Notes: generated from the letters alone by a model not told the origin. DNA of 53,825 nucleotides, filler included, from Sphacelaria rigidula (GCA_964200075.2; 5 parts of 5 records of this genome joined end to end with filler, not necessarily neighbours in it), one strand, 5' to 3'. Counted from the whole stretch's first letter, positions 36,891-49,919 are shown. Made by a program: numbers and translations.

Positions 36891-38512
36891 CATTTTCGGT
36901 TCGGACGAATAAAATCGTGATTCGACTCATACTCAGCGTTTGTACGAATCAATCATACGATTTGTACACAAGTTATGATTTGTACATGTTTTGGGTTCGT
37001 GATTCGTACGACACCACTTTGAGTGGACACATTCTCAGTTCGTGATTCGTGCGGTAAACCGTCAACGGTACATATTGCCTACCTTCCATTCGTATGGCGT
37101 GAACCATAGGTACATGTTTCGAATTTCCATTCATTCAGTATGTATTATAGGCACAATATCCCCACTTTCCATTCATACTTCGGACTAAGTGAATCGAGCG
37201 TACATGGATCCCAATTCCGTTCGTGCAGCATGAATCATACATGCATGTTCCCAACCACCACTCATACGAGGTGAATCAAGCGTACAGGTTACCCTACCTT
37301 CCAATCCATACAAGATGGATCAAGCGTATGTGTTTTCATCGTTCTCATTTATGCAGCACGAATCACAGGTATATGTTCTCCACCTTTTGTTCATATGATA
37401 CGAATCATGAGAAAATAGTTTTCCCCATCTGTCATTCCATGGGGCGTGGCTCTTCAGTGGCGCAGCCCTTTTGTAGGTGGGGGGGGGGCTTTTGTAGGTG
37501 GGGTAGGAAAATAAGAGCGTGCAGGTCGCGAACCCCTCGAGCGCCAAAATCGCAATAAACCCGATTCAAATTTTGTACTCACACGTAACACATCAACTGT
37601 AGTAAAACATATGCGTCTGCGTGCCCAGAGCGGTTTTTCTTGTCAGATATTCCCCCTGAGCTTTGCTATTGACAGCCTTTGTGGTTTCGTTGTGTTCTGT
37701 GGTACACTTGACCTGAGCATACTGTATGCAATACCACGAACACTTGCGAAGAACACAGCACCAGCACGAGTCGTCCTCGCATGCTCGCGGGAGGTTTGGG
37801 GGGAAACTCCGGCAGCGTACTCTGCAATCCACGGACAGTACAGTACAGGATGGCACAGCACGCATCTGCGCGCCCAGAGGTGTTCTTCTAGCTGTTTATT
37901 TCCCAATGATTCATACAGCATGAGTCATGTGGTTCATGTACATTCACCACCTTGCGTTGGTGAGCATGAATCATATTTACATGTTTTTTCACCTTCCATA
38001 TATACGAGATGGATCAAGCGTACATGTGTCCCCCCTTTCATCTATGCAGAATGATTCATACGCACACGTTCTGCACCTTCCTTTCAGAAGGGATTAATCA
38101 CACGTATATATCTCCCAATTTCCGTTCATGCAGCATGAATCACACGCACATGCTCTGTGCCTTCTATCAATACGAGGTCAATCAAGCGTACATGTTTCCC
38201 AATTTACGTTCATGCAGCATTAATCATGAGTACATGTTCCTCACCATCCATTCATACGAAATGAATCAAGGGTGCATGTTTCCCACCCATGACTCATACA
38301 GGAATTGTGATTCGTTCATATTCTGCACTCTTGATTCCTCTGATACTACTCGAAGTGTACACGTGCCCAGGTCGTGATTCGTGCGGTATGGCCTTGAACA
38401 TGCAACTTTACCACCCGTGATTCATACCGGATGGCTCGTTGGTATATGGTTCGCATTCAGCATTCATGGGGAGTCAACCCCTATGAACTCTGATTCGTCC
38501 GAACCGTGAATG
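36891..38512. mobile_element. TIR-bounded element filled with degenerate ~42-bp tandem repeats
   Basis: TIRs CATTTTCGGTTCGGACGAAT / ATTCGTCCGAACCGTGAATG. Interior units such as TCATACGAGGTGAATCAAGCGTACA and TTCATGCAGCATGAATCA; unrelated sequence at about 37440-37890. Confidence 0.75.
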
Positions 38513-38779
38513 GTTTCAGACAAAAAATAAGCAAAATAATGCGATGCAAGAAACGAATCAAGAATCGGACACGGCTGATGGCCCATACAAGCAGCTCGGT
38601 CCTAACTTGTCGGCCAGAGGAAGTATGTCTCTGAAGCCACGTCCTAGATGCGATTTTCGAAATTTTATGAGCCAAAAAGTCATATTTCAAGTGTACTCGT
38701 CCGACATGCGATTGAAGACTACTGACATTTCACGAACATCAGTGAGCCGAAACAATACAGGGAGGTAGGTACAAATCTC

Positions 38780-39980
38780 GGAACAGTGCAATATTTGCAG
38801 TTTTTGAGTTCATTTTACGTCGATATTTCCATCTGCGGCAAGGGTCCACGCTGCCAAAACGTAAAGGACTGGAAGGCATGCGTCTCAGCTACACAGAGCA
38901 ACTTGATTAATCTCTGATGCTGCTGTGTGTATCGAGATATTGCCCTGTGGGTGGGGGATGTTGGAACATGTGAGATGCGATGTGGAAGTCCGTTAGAGTA
39001 AACGTTGGTGTCCAAAATTAGCAGGCGGTAGTTTCGCCGAGTCAGGCGGTGTCTATTCTCAACACGGGATTTTGAAGTTGAGGATGGATTTTCCGTAGCA
39101 TGAAGCTCGGGCATCTTGATAGGCATGGAAAGATTTTCGAAACAGAAATGTAAACGCACGCTCCGGCCTTGATGCGTGGCTTCGCACGTCCTCAAAAACT
39201 AATTCTTCCGCAATTTGCAGAATTCCGTGTTATTAGGGGATTATGAAAAATAAAAGCTTGTTTGTACGGGAATAGAGGGAGGTCGAAATTAAACACGGTA
39301 TTCAACCAATTGAGGATGGATTCTTCTGAAGATGCGTGAGGCCACACATCACGGCCGGAAAGTGCATTTCCGCCTTTATTTCGAATATATTTCGATGCTT
39401 GTAAAGGTTTCCAAGGTTCATCCTGAAAGAAAAAAAACATCTTCGATTTGTAAAAATCCCGTGTTTCTTGAGGATATCTTCTCCGGTAGTCATGCATTAA
39501 CGTTGCTCACCGGTAGGCAAGACGTTACAAATGTATGCATGCTGTTGTCGCTGGGGTGGCGTGTGAAGAGCGCTCAAGGGAACGCCGCGCAGGGTATAAT
39601 GCACACACACACACACACACACACGTACTGTCGACTCCTGTGTCATAAGCGAGACCGTGACGCCTCGGAATCAAAAGGGTGATACTGCGGAAATGACACC
39701 CAATGTGTGCTTTGGAGGACAGGTGGTCACATTGATCGTTCGGTTCGGTGCAAAGGGTTCAGTACGAAGCATGTCGAAGACAGCGACGGAGAACATTATT
39801 CGACTTCACATCCCAACGTTCAGCACATTGGTCATACCAACGAGTCCCGGCAGCTCGTTTGCTATCAGAACGCAATCGATACCTCCCAAGATACAGAGTC
39901 GATGCGCGTGTGTTGCTAGTGCTGCACAGTATTCAAAAAGCTCAACTTTGATACCATGGTTTGATCAAGATTTTTTGTTT
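38780..39980. repeat. Dispersed repeat family A, copy interrupted by family B
   Basis: Homologous to 17430-18245 on both sides of the 39060-39466 insertion. Confidence 0.75.
39060..39466. mobile_element. Foldback family B, copy 2, nested inside repeat family A
   Basis: TIRs AACACGGGATTTT / AAAATCCCGTGTT; built from two inverted ~170-bp units. Confidence 0.78.
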
Positions 39981-41120
39981 TGATTCCATATATTCATTCA
40001 GTTGATATTAATATTCACCCCATGCACAACCGGGGATTCGCCCAAGGGCGACACCAGACCACCCCCGATAGACTTGTGCACCCAGGGGCGCACCGCACCA
40101 TGCGCGAGTCGCCATTACCATGCACACGAGGGACGGTTGATCACTACCTGTAGACAACCTTGAATAGCGCAGCTTTATATCTGCCATCTATCCACAGATA
40201 CGTGGACCCGCCCCTTCCATGGTTTGCTGTGGATCCGTTTCTTCCATAGTGAGATCGGCCGCGCGCATCGCTCCTTCCGCTGCCGGTGTCGGCCGGTGGG
40301 AGTCGCGCCAGTCGCTCGCGTAGAGGGCGGGGGCAAGACACAGTGGCCCTGGCAATCGCAGCTCAGTGTGTAGTTCCCCAAGCACTTTCACCGTTGGTAT
40401 TTGTGACACTTCTTCGCGCCGCCTTTAGTTTGATTTGCGCTGGGGACTGCCCAAACTACTGCACTGTTGGTGTGTCCCGGTTGGTACGATTTGTTTTGTC
40501 GACAGGCAGTCGTCCTTGCACACTGTCGAAAGTGTCACGGTATGTTGGCTGTTATGTCTTGAGTAAAAGCGAACACAACGACGAAAATTGCGGTCGACAC
40601 GCAGTCCTTTTTACACCGTGTCGAAAACTTGGTTTGTTGCCTTGTAAAACGAACGAGGCGCCTCGTACCCACACCCATAATCTCTACGTTGCAGTGTCGC
40701 TGTACGGTGGTGCGTTTTAATCCCGCGAGGATGGTTTGATCTGGAGTGGGTATTGCCTAAGCTGCTGTACTGCTGCAGTGTTCAAGTCTGTACAGAACTG
40801 GAGTGGGATCACTGTCTGTACGAAGTTAAAAAAAGTAACGTGATGTCCAGGTAGCATTTGTGTCTCCTTTGGGTGATGTTATCCACGTGCGCAAAACTCT
40901 TCACTTCCGATTTTGTGCCGTGAGATATGTTTGAGCGACCCGAAGGGGTGCCAGGCGTGTAGTGAGTATCTGGCGTTCCTAAACGTCCTGAAAGGCTGCA
41001 AGAACCATAGGTGCCGGCCAGGCGATCCGTGATGGCCTTGCATCTAATTTAGGATCCATGATGGACTTGGAGCTGAAGCTTGACCTAAACATCACAAGGT
41101 GGAATATCCTATTCCTAACA

Positions 41121-41190
41121 CCTGGTGGTGTAATAGTCCGACTGTCACCATTAGGGTGGAGAGAACGGGGGTTCGATTCCCGATGCGTTG
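41121..41190 (+). pseudogene. tRNA-like fragment (tRNA pseudogene or SINE head, Asp-like)
   Basis: A-box-like TGGTGTAATAG, CCGACTGTCAC resembling the tRNA-Asp anticodon arm, B-box GGTTCGATTCCC and a downstream T-run. No convincing acceptor stem. Confidence 0.5.
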
Positions 41191-41618
41191 GCTTTTTCTT
41201 CGTAATGTATGATTTTCACTGTGAAAAGCGTGAGAACTTGAGTAAAGATAGTATAATAGTCGACTGGATTTGTGTGACGTGAGTTGACGCGGGGCGGGAG
41301 TGCTGTCCCAATCCGCGAGGCCAAAATAAAAGGCACGTACCGAGGGAGAGATGGGTTGATCCCTTGAGGACTCATCCCGAGGAAGGGGAGGGGTTCAAAG
41401 TGTGAGTAAAAAACAAAACAGGTTTGAACAGCTTCCATCTGAGAAGGTGAAAGCGATTTTCGCGTGCATCAGGAGACGATAGCTGCTCGAATGACATCTC
41501 ATAGCTCACATAATCAAGTGGCGCGAGGTTCGCACGGTGGGTTCAGAGCAGCTTTTGACAATCGACCATCAACAAGTGATCCATCGGAATAAAAATGACC
41601 GCGCCAGGATCATTTTAA

Positions 41619-41995
41619 ATTTAGGATCTGCGACAGCTTCGACGATTCTCCCGTCATCTAAAAGCGCAACATCGATTTTCGCATGTCGCACAAGACGATG
41701 GCTGCTCAACAGACAAAAAGCTCACGAAACCATCGTGCTTGCATACAGATGCATCGAGTGGCGGGAGATTCGCAGTGAGCTGAGATTGGTATACAGATGG
41801 CCGTGACGTGGTCGCTCTTGATTTAGGATCTACGGCAGGTTCGGCGTTTCTCCTGTCGCCTGCTGTCCGAAGATGCGAAAGCGATTTCCGCAGCCGTAGA
41901 CGACGGTAGCTACTGAAAAACGTAGAAGAGCTCACGAAACCACCTTGCCTGCACAGAGATGCATCGAGTGCTCCGAGATTCGCACTGTAAGCTAG
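41619..41995. repeat. Tandem duplication, period ~200-210 bp
   Basis: ATTTAGGATCT...AGCTCACGAAACCA...GCA.A.AGATGCATCGAGTG....GAGATTCGCA occurs twice. Confidence 0.8.
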
Positions 41996-43040
41996 ATAAG
42001 TTTTTGAGGGTCAATCGGTCAATGGGTGACTCCTGTAAATAAAACGACACATTTCCCCCCTACTTTTGCCGACAGAGACCCAATCTCGTATCGGAGCTTG
42101 GGGATATGGATACGGTATACACGGCCGATAGGACGGTGATCAAAAGTTAACACGAATATGGCATGCTCGAGGCGTGAACTTTCAGCAGGGGTTTTCCAAT
42201 TATTATTTTGAATGTTCGAAGGATGTATGCGGCAGCAGCGTGCCGGAAGTTGACTTGCTCCACGAGTCGGGGATGCATTTCTCGTGGACTGTGTTTTCAT
42301 TTATTTTCAGAGATACATATGTTAGCCTGTGATCCAGTGGATCAGTTCGATGGACACGACTGTGAAGGCCGGTCAGAGGACACAGCTGGCAGTCGATTAG
42401 GTTTGGATAGAAGGATACTATTGTTGTTAGGAAGGCAAGGAGAAGAAGTGAACGTGTAGGCATGGCCGTACAGTCGGACATCAAGGCAATACGTACTTCA
42501 GTCCCCGACACGCCAAACTAGGGTATCAAATCCCGCCGCGTGTAACAGTCAGAACACACATACAAATGCCTCACCACTGTATCACGGATCCAGCATCATG
42601 GATCCTGCTGAACACTCCGTCCACAGGAACACCCCCCCCCGTAAGTGATACATCAGTAGGCAAGCTCGTAAAAAGCAATTGTGACGAACAACTCAATCAC
42701 CCGAGCAATACGCCTCTTCTTGTCACGCGGATCATTCAGCAGATGCGTTCCGGACAAGAGGTCACACCTGTACCCATCCACGACATTCCAAAAGTGCCAA
42801 AATCGTGCAGCAGGTGCACCCCATTTTCAAACGTCACACCTATATCCACCGCTGAAACATTTAGCAAAAACCCGGTCATCCACACCAATATACGTTCAGC
42901 ATATTCAAGACTTAGACCGACTCTAATGAGAACTGTTCACAATTCCTGTTTAAAACTGTCTTTTTGGCCCTTCTCCGTCGTTTTACGCCTGAAAAGAGGG
43001 CTAGGCGGATACTGACGCCTTGGAACGACTTGCTCTACTC

Positions 43041-43140
43041 NNNNNNNNNNNNNNNNNNNNNNNNNNNNNNNNNNNNNNNNNNNNTTAATTAATTAANNNN
43101 NNNNNNNNNNNNNNNNNNNNNNNNNNNNNNNNNNNNNNNN
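43041..43140. other. Artificial contig linker
   Basis: Same 100-bp spacer. Confidence 0.98.
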
Positions 43141-45960
43141 GGTTCCGGGCCCCACCTGTGACGGTGTGTCACCGATACGAACTAAAGAAAAAAAAGCGAG
43201 GTTTTGATAACAGCTTCCCCCCCCGGTTGCCGTAACATTTTCAAGTTGTGAGCGCCCCCCCCCCCCCCTCCAAGTCAAGTTGGGTATGAGTTTGACGGGG
43301 TCCAGGTTGCGAAAATATCTCGAAGGTCTTGTATGTTGTCGAAAGAAGCCGCGACACGAGGCTGGTTTACCGCATGGTGGGCGTGGGAGTTTCCCGGGAG
43401 TTCATGATTTCGAATAACTGCCACCCTCACACCCTAACCTTCACCCCAACGAAGACTAATCAAAAACCATTGGACAAAACATGCATGGTGTTATCCATGC
43501 GAAGTGTGCGTCTCAAGACCTCAACACTTGAACCGCGAGGGTGGTTCAATCGGATGTACTTTTTGGCGGGAAATTGATGCCAATTAAATGGATGACTACT
43601 CGCTGCTGAGCGTGGCGCCTGCCGCGCAGATTCGGACAAGGACGCGTTCTGCGTACGCTGAGAGCACGGTATCCGGATTTCTGGGTTCTTCTGTCGATAT
43701 CAATGCAGGAGCATCTCAAATTAGGTTCCCGGTTTCATGGTTTCTTCGCTAGCTCTGTTTTTTTCTTCAAGTTAGTGTAGCGATTCATCGAAGGACCTGA
43801 CCTGGCAGTCAAAGTGCAGCATCTGATCGATCGTCATTACTTTCACTAGAAGAAATGAAACGAAACAAGCCAGGAAACCGGGAGGTTGGTTTGAGGTACT
43901 TTTATCAGGCCTCTTATGATACCGAGTCAAGGACGTACACGCATGCTAGGAGTCGAGACTCTGCCGTGCGCGACGTTGACCCGGTGATGATTCGGGGCGA
44001 TTGTGGGGTATTGGTCAAGGCCTGTTCATCGTCTGGAGGAGATCTGGAGTTTCATACAGGTCTCAACTGCACTTCATTGTAACTTCATGTAAAGAAAGCA
44101 GGTCGTCAACCCGCACTACGGGTGGATATCCCGTGATTTTTCAAGCAGAACGTGCGTTGTTGCTCCGAGTCACCGATTTTTTTGAGCAAAACGTGTCGTG
44201 AACCTTGTGTGCATCTCGTGGGAGAATGTGGTCGTAGGGTGCAACAGACGTTACGAACTCCTCGGGAAAAATGGTTGAATTTAAAACATACTCGTTTTAG
44301 TGTTGGTCGGAGCGATGGATAGAATCACCAACAGAGACACGTGAGCAGTGGTGAGCAGTAGACCTAGCTTGTCCACAACGTGTTTTGTTGCAAAATCGGC
44401 TGAGAGGCATTTATTTGAGCTCTGGAAACGCACACTGTGCCTACGGAGCACTTTGCACCCCCGTCGCCCAAGGGTTCTCGGTATGTTTTCGTGGTCAAAG
44501 TGAGGGTTAGCGTTCGAGGTATGTAGGGGGCACCTCATTATTCGCGTCAACCATATTTTCCGACCAGTTGGTAAACAGGCCTCGTGGGGTGGATACATGG
44601 ACCCTTTCGAAACCGGACCCCCACTACCCATGTATGTGTGCCCACCTGGTCTGCACGCAGCGCCCCTTGTGAGTAGGCATCATCTTCAATGATTTTGAAG
44701 GGTTGAATCCTATTCATCATGAACTTTCACCCATGGTGCATGGAGAGTACAACCGTATCTTCAGAGGCGGGAAAAAAACACCGATCTGGTGGGTTCTCGT
44801 CATGTCATTGTCATTCAACGTCCCACCAGGTCGGATTTCTCCTTTCGAACCAAGCGGCTTTTTTTCAACAATAAATTAATGTGATACTGACACAATACAG
44901 ATACCCCCATGTTAATTAGTCCCATCTCAAAAGGATCACGTGCAAGCTTGTGTCGGGATCTGAATGGGGTCCCCGGGATACTGTCTTCGAATCCCCCCCC
45001 CCCCCCCCCCCCCCCCCGCCACACCCCCCCCCGCCCCCCCCGCCCACCAACGCAGGATGCGCGGGGCNNNNNNNNNNTAGTCTCCATTCAAAAGGATTAC
45101 GGGCTAGATTGTGTCGGGTCCTGAAAGGGGTCCCCGGAGTTCTGCTTTCGCATCCCCCCCCCCCCCCCCTGAAGGATGCCATCCCCGAGGCTGCTGCGCA
45201 AAAAACTTGGTGAAGGCTTCTGTGAACAAGCGCGTCTTGATTGAGAGCGTTCGGTAGTGTGAAAATTGTAAGAATAAGGTCGGGAGTATCCATGCGCCCG
45301 AACATTTGACACATGTTTTTTCATATCCCTCACGAGCGATGTAGCGTCATTTTCCACCCCCGCAAAAGACCACTGGAAACTCGTACCGTACGTTGCTGCC
45401 AAAAGGCCAGCCGCCGAAGGGTAGCCATGTGAACGTGGCGAAAAATATTGTGACGTCGGTTGCGTGCGCGATCTCCATCGATAACTCGTGCTGCCGCCAA
45501 ATCGACTTGCCTGTAACCACTTTGGGCGCAACATGTCGCAGATAGATGTCGAATGCGTGAAATTGCCATCTGCTCAACTTGCCGAGATACTGCACGAGAG
45601 GCTAGACTAGGCATGTGAGAACTGGAAGAGTGTAGTCCATGATTTGTTTTTGAAATACGGATCGCCATCGCGGGGTACATAACGTAGCCGGTGCTGTTTT
45701 GGGGAAAACGCCAGCGCCGTGTATGACCATTTTTTTCAAGGGAGGTGGGGCTTGGAAATATGTTTGGATGACTCGACTCATGAACGGTGGACAGAAAACA
45801 GTAAAAATGTTTTTATTTTCTGAGTCAGTCCAACACGAGGTTAAGTGGGTGCGGCAGTGAGAAGAGGCTCCTACTACTTGTAGTGATGGACACGGATGTC
45901 ATCGGTCTTCGGCGTGCAGTCACCCCTCTCCAGGCATGCTTCCCCCCTAATCATCGACAG

Positions 45961-46025
45961 AACCTCACGTCCGCCTTTTCTCGACATCGGTTGATTCATC
46001 GGCCGAGGTTGCTCTACTTTCCCAG
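45961..46025 (+). CDS. Candidate penultimate exon of the low-complexity protein ending at 47464
   Basis: Acceptor CGACAG|, donor CAG|GTGTGC. Reads PHVRLFSTSVDSSAEVALLSQ and ends in phase 0, joining YLREDLAKHG at 46481. Confidence 0.5.
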
Positions 46026-46480
46026 GTGTGCAACGTGAGCGATATCCATGCACAGCTACGCCGTACTCAATGAGACCTTTTGATTTATCATGTCATGCTC
46101 GTATCGGCCATCATGAAATCCGTCGGGAGCGATCTTGGTGATGCTCCCCCCAGTCTCAAATATCCCCGTTCCTCGTCATGTAGTCCGAGCGTGCCCCCAG
46201 CATGTGTCCTCACTCACTTTCGGAAACACTCCGGGGAGCGTTAAGTCATGTCCCGCGATGCGGGATTTACCCAGCGCTGTTCGTGAAATAACTGCACTCA
46301 AATTTGAGCATTTGGTGGGGTTGGTACTTGAGATGAGACTCTGACATGCGTCGAGGCATACCAATACCAACTTCAAATTTCGCCCTTGTGATGACTCCCT
46401 CCCTGTCTCGTCTCGTCTCATTAGTCGTCTGCCCGCTGCCGTATGCACCCGGTCGGACATTTGGTGATGAACTGAAACAG

Positions 46481-47464
46481 TATCTACGAGAAGATCTTGC
46501 GAAGCACGGGCTAGCGGTCGCTGGCGACACAGCACCGGCACCCGCAACCGCCGCCGCTGGCAACGCAAGCAACACAGGAAGCGCTGGACAACAGCGTACC
46601 GCAAGCTCGAGCTACAAGTTACCCATCAGTGCGGGGACTTGTTCCACACCGGCAACTAGTAGTAGTGGCAGTAGTGTAGTTGGTATTGGTGCAAGGGGTG
46701 GAAGTGGTTCGACAGGTGCTCGTTACACCCAAAGTGTTTCCCCGCCCCCTGCGCCGAGAGCGTCATCTGCATCGGTAACTGCATCTCGTGCGGCACCGGG
46801 AAAGCTCAGTGCTAGTCGGTTCGAGAGTTTCGGACGCGGTTCCGATTCGATTTCGCCCACTCGTCCTCGCTCAGAGCAGCAGCAGCAGATAAACAAGTCG
46901 GCGTCGGTTAAGGGCACTACAGCAGCATCTGCAGGAATAACGGAAGTTGCAGGAGCTTCCGCGGGAATATCGAAGAAAGAAGGACAGTCTTTGTCGTCGT
47001 CCTTATCGTCATCCTTGTCCCCGCCCGAAAGACGTCGGTGGTCTGTGGATCCCTCTTCAGCACCCGGCCTCCCATCCTTTCTACAGGAGAAGTCGTCTTC
47101 GTCTACATCTGGAGTCGTAAAAGCGCCAGCAGTGGGAGAAAACACCGGGAGTGCAAACCCGGAAAAAGCGTCACCGGAAAAGCAGGGGTTTCAGGAGGCA
47201 GCGGCAACGCTAGAGGTTACTCGTCCGCGACAGGGTCGGCGCTCTTCCGTCGGTGGATTGGCGGAGAGATTCAGTGGCGTGAAATTGAACCAGGGCAGTG
47301 ACAGGAGCGGGGGTAGTTCTAGGTTAGAGGCAGAGGGTTCAGCTGCGGCGGCTGTGAGAGGAGGAAGCGGTGCTGGAAACGGGGAATTGGACGGCAACGC
47401 TAGCAAGAGAACAGCAGGAGGGAGCGGTCGTATCGCGGAACTTGCTCGTCGGTTTGAGAAGTGA
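46481..47464 (+). CDS. Long probable terminal exon of a Ser/Ala/Gly-rich disordered protein
   Basis: Part of the 372-aa ORF 46346-47464. Acceptor AAACAG| at 46480. Low-complexity sequence with two similar motifs, VGGLAERFSG and IAELARRFEK, then TGA. Confidence 0.75.
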   Translation, partial: YLREDLAKHGLAVAGDTAPAPATAAAGNASNTGSAGQQRTASSSYKLPISAGTCSTPATSSSGSSVVGIGARGGSGSTGARYTQSVSPPPAPRASSASVTASRAAPGKLSASRFESFGRGSDSISPTRPRSEQQQQINKSASVKGTTAASAGITEVAGASAGISKKEGQSLSSSLSSSLSPPERRRWSVDPSSAPGLPSFLQEKSSSSTSGVVKAPAVGENTGSANPEKASPEKQGFQEAAATLEVTRPRQGRRSSVGGLAERFSGVKLNQGSDRSGGSSRLEAEGSAAAAVRGGSGAGNGELDGNASKRTAGGSGRIAELARRFEK

Positions 47465-47609
47465 CAAGCAGGAGCTGACGAGGAACTGTTATTTTTCATA
47501 GGGTAGAAAAGTAAACAAGAAAAACAGAGACCTGAACACTAATACGGGAACTTTTATTTAGCTTTCCTGGAAATACATTTTCGTCGTAGGGTCGTTGTTG
47601 ATCGAAAAG

Positions 47610-47735
47610 ATGGACAACACGATGGAATCAAGGACTTCAGATGCGGCGTCTGCGGCAGTGGGTGCGGTTTCTGTGGAGGATGACCACGAGGCGGGCGTGC
47701 GTAAGGGATCTGCGGAGGCGTCGTTCTCTGGGGAG
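47610..47735 (+). CDS. First identifiable exon of an acidic low-complexity protein (start uncertain)
   Basis: Reads MDNTMESRTSDAASAAVGAVSVEDDHEAGVRKGSAEASFSGE. Donor GAG|GTGAAT, phase 0, compatible with the exon at 48766. Confidence 0.55.
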
Positions 47736-48765
47736 GTGAATACGTGGGGCTGGAATTTTTCGCCAGTGTAACATGGAATACCCATCTGAAGGCAGCAATG
47801 ACCCAATATAGTCATCCGTGCTCATGACCGTCACTGTGCTATGTTTGAACAAGATGTAGTGGTGCCGTTTGATATATGGTCGGCATCTGACGAATAGTTT
47901 TGAGATTTTACTCATGTTGGGTTACCTGGGACCAGCAAAAACAGACGCATCGGCAGCGGGGGACGTCTGCAGGCGTTCGATCCGTGAGGGGACATCAGGA
48001 ACATCGAGACCCTCTTCGTGGTATTGATTTATCGCGGAATTGTTGACGTATCTTATGCTTGTGAAAAAGAGTCGGAACCTGAATGAACTTCTGTGCCCGA
48101 TTACAAACGATGATGACTTAAGAACTTGCGCACGAGATATATTCGGTACCACAGTACCATGACACGAGCTGGTTTCTCGGAATATTTCACCCGTGTTGCA
48201 GGGCTGCAATCGCAGATTCAGTGAGACATGTGTTTCCGCCCCGCGTCGGTTCCTACGTCCGTCATCAACGGCGGTCGAATTAGCCTTCCGTTCTTTGTCG
48301 CAGCGCGAGAAGTAGCGCTCACGTGATTGTAAATCGGACTTTTTCCTCAATGGTTCAGCTTCATCAGCTCGCCTGCTTGATGAACGCTTTCATTGCCAGG
48401 GTCAGACATGTGTCGAATCGGCAGCGTTCCCGCTCGAGGAAAAAATATCGGGTGAGACCCGGGTCACCCACCCTGGCTGCCAACGGGTCAACCCGACCTC
48501 ACCTCTGATACTCCGCCGCGTCGCTGACGCCCTGAGAACGATCAACTCGATCCTCGCAACGTTTCGCGTACCCTTGCAATAGTATGGTACCATACCCTGT
48601 ATTCATTGTACAGTGTAACGGCCTCTCCGCGAGTTTTTGTCGGAATTTTTGGTGTGCCTGCTTATCTATTTTCCCCGCACATCCCCGGAAGTAATTTTCA
48701 TAAAACCCATTTCAGTCCTATTTTCTCCGATTATGCATCGTCAACTCTTGTCATCCATCACCCAG

Positions 48766-48988
48766 GAGCAGGGAAGCGCAGCAGAGATGATTATGGCTAC
48801 CGAACGAGAAGAAGAGCAGCAGCTTGCAGCATTTCCGTATTCGGGTAAAATCGCCAGAGTAAGCACCGGGCGGGGTGACGGCACAATCGATACCGCTTCA
48901 ACTTCTACTTCATTCTCCTCTGCGGCGGCGATCCCGATCGACCCAGACATGAACGGCACGAAGGCTACTATTTCCACCGCTTCCGAAG
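48766..48988 (+). CDS. Exon of the acidic low-complexity protein
   Basis: Acceptor CCCAG|, donor AAG|GTACTT. Reads EQGSAAEMIMATEREEEQQLAAF...TISTASE; phase 0 in, phase 1 out. Confidence 0.65.
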
Positions 48989-49587
48989 GTACTTGAACTG
49001 GTTTGGGGTGTACGACCGATGCCACCAGTGTGACGATGTCACTGTTGTATCGGCCTCGCACCGTGGCAACAGTGAAGCACTCGCCCTGAACAGTTGCACC
49101 GCCGCGGCAGGCCTGACCATGGTTCCTCAACCGATTGAATTTCTCCGCAATTCACTACGGGAGACATGATGGTCGTTATGACCCTTTCCCCCTGGGAGTG
49201 GGAATGATGCTCCGTCTCGGAAGGGATGCGTGGTCGATTGCCAAACGACTCGGGCAACGAACAAATGAGTACGCCCCCTCCGCCGACCCAGCTCCATGCT
49301 TTCACTGATTCATCAACCTAGTCCAGAAATTGAACACCAATTTTTTTTTCGATCTGTGAAGGGGCTGACTGTTTCCAGTTTGCCCGGAAACGTTCCGGCG
49401 CCGGTGTGAGGTCTGCCGAGGAACGCTATTCCCGGAGCGATGTTTGCACCTCCCCTTGCCCAAGGTTCTCGTCATTTAATTTCTGATACATGTTTCACAC
49501 GACCAATGCGTGAGCGCGGCTCTGACCCCCCTCCTCTCGCTGCATCCGTCCTTATCGAACACTCAATTTCGTACCGGATGTCCATAG

Positions 49588-49805
49588 TGCCCGGGGTCAG
49601 GACGGGTGCTCCATCAAGGGATAATGCGGAGTTTGCTTATGAAGGGATGACAAGAGGTATCGGCGATGAGGGCGGAATCTCAGCGACGGTAGTAGAGGAC
49701 GGGTCCGAGACGTCCGGAGGGGACACCGGCGATGCGGGTGGCGAAAAACAGGGGTTCGTGGCGGGCCTGATATCAAGTATGGGCTTTGGAAGCAGGAACG
49801 GACAG
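49588..49805 (+). CDS. Exon of the acidic low-complexity protein
   Basis: Phase-1 acceptor CCATAG|, donor CAG|GTGCGT. Reads ...DNAEFAYEGMTRGIGDEGG...KQGFVAGLISSMGFGSRNGQ. Confidence 0.65.
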
Positions 49806-49919
49806 GTGCGTGATTTTTTCTCGTCTTGGTGATTTTCTTGTAAGGATGAAGTAACTTATCCACAAAAGTGACTTATCACCGGAATCCTGTGATTATGGGT
49901 CACCCTCTGACGATCGCAG

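Noticed and set aside
36891-38512. CRISPR-like array
   Set aside because: Units are degenerate and contiguous with no unique spacers; the context is eukaryotic and no cas genes are present.
43425-43450. Telomeric repeat (CCCTAA-like; also near 6301)
   Set aside because: Only one or two degenerate units are present, not an array.
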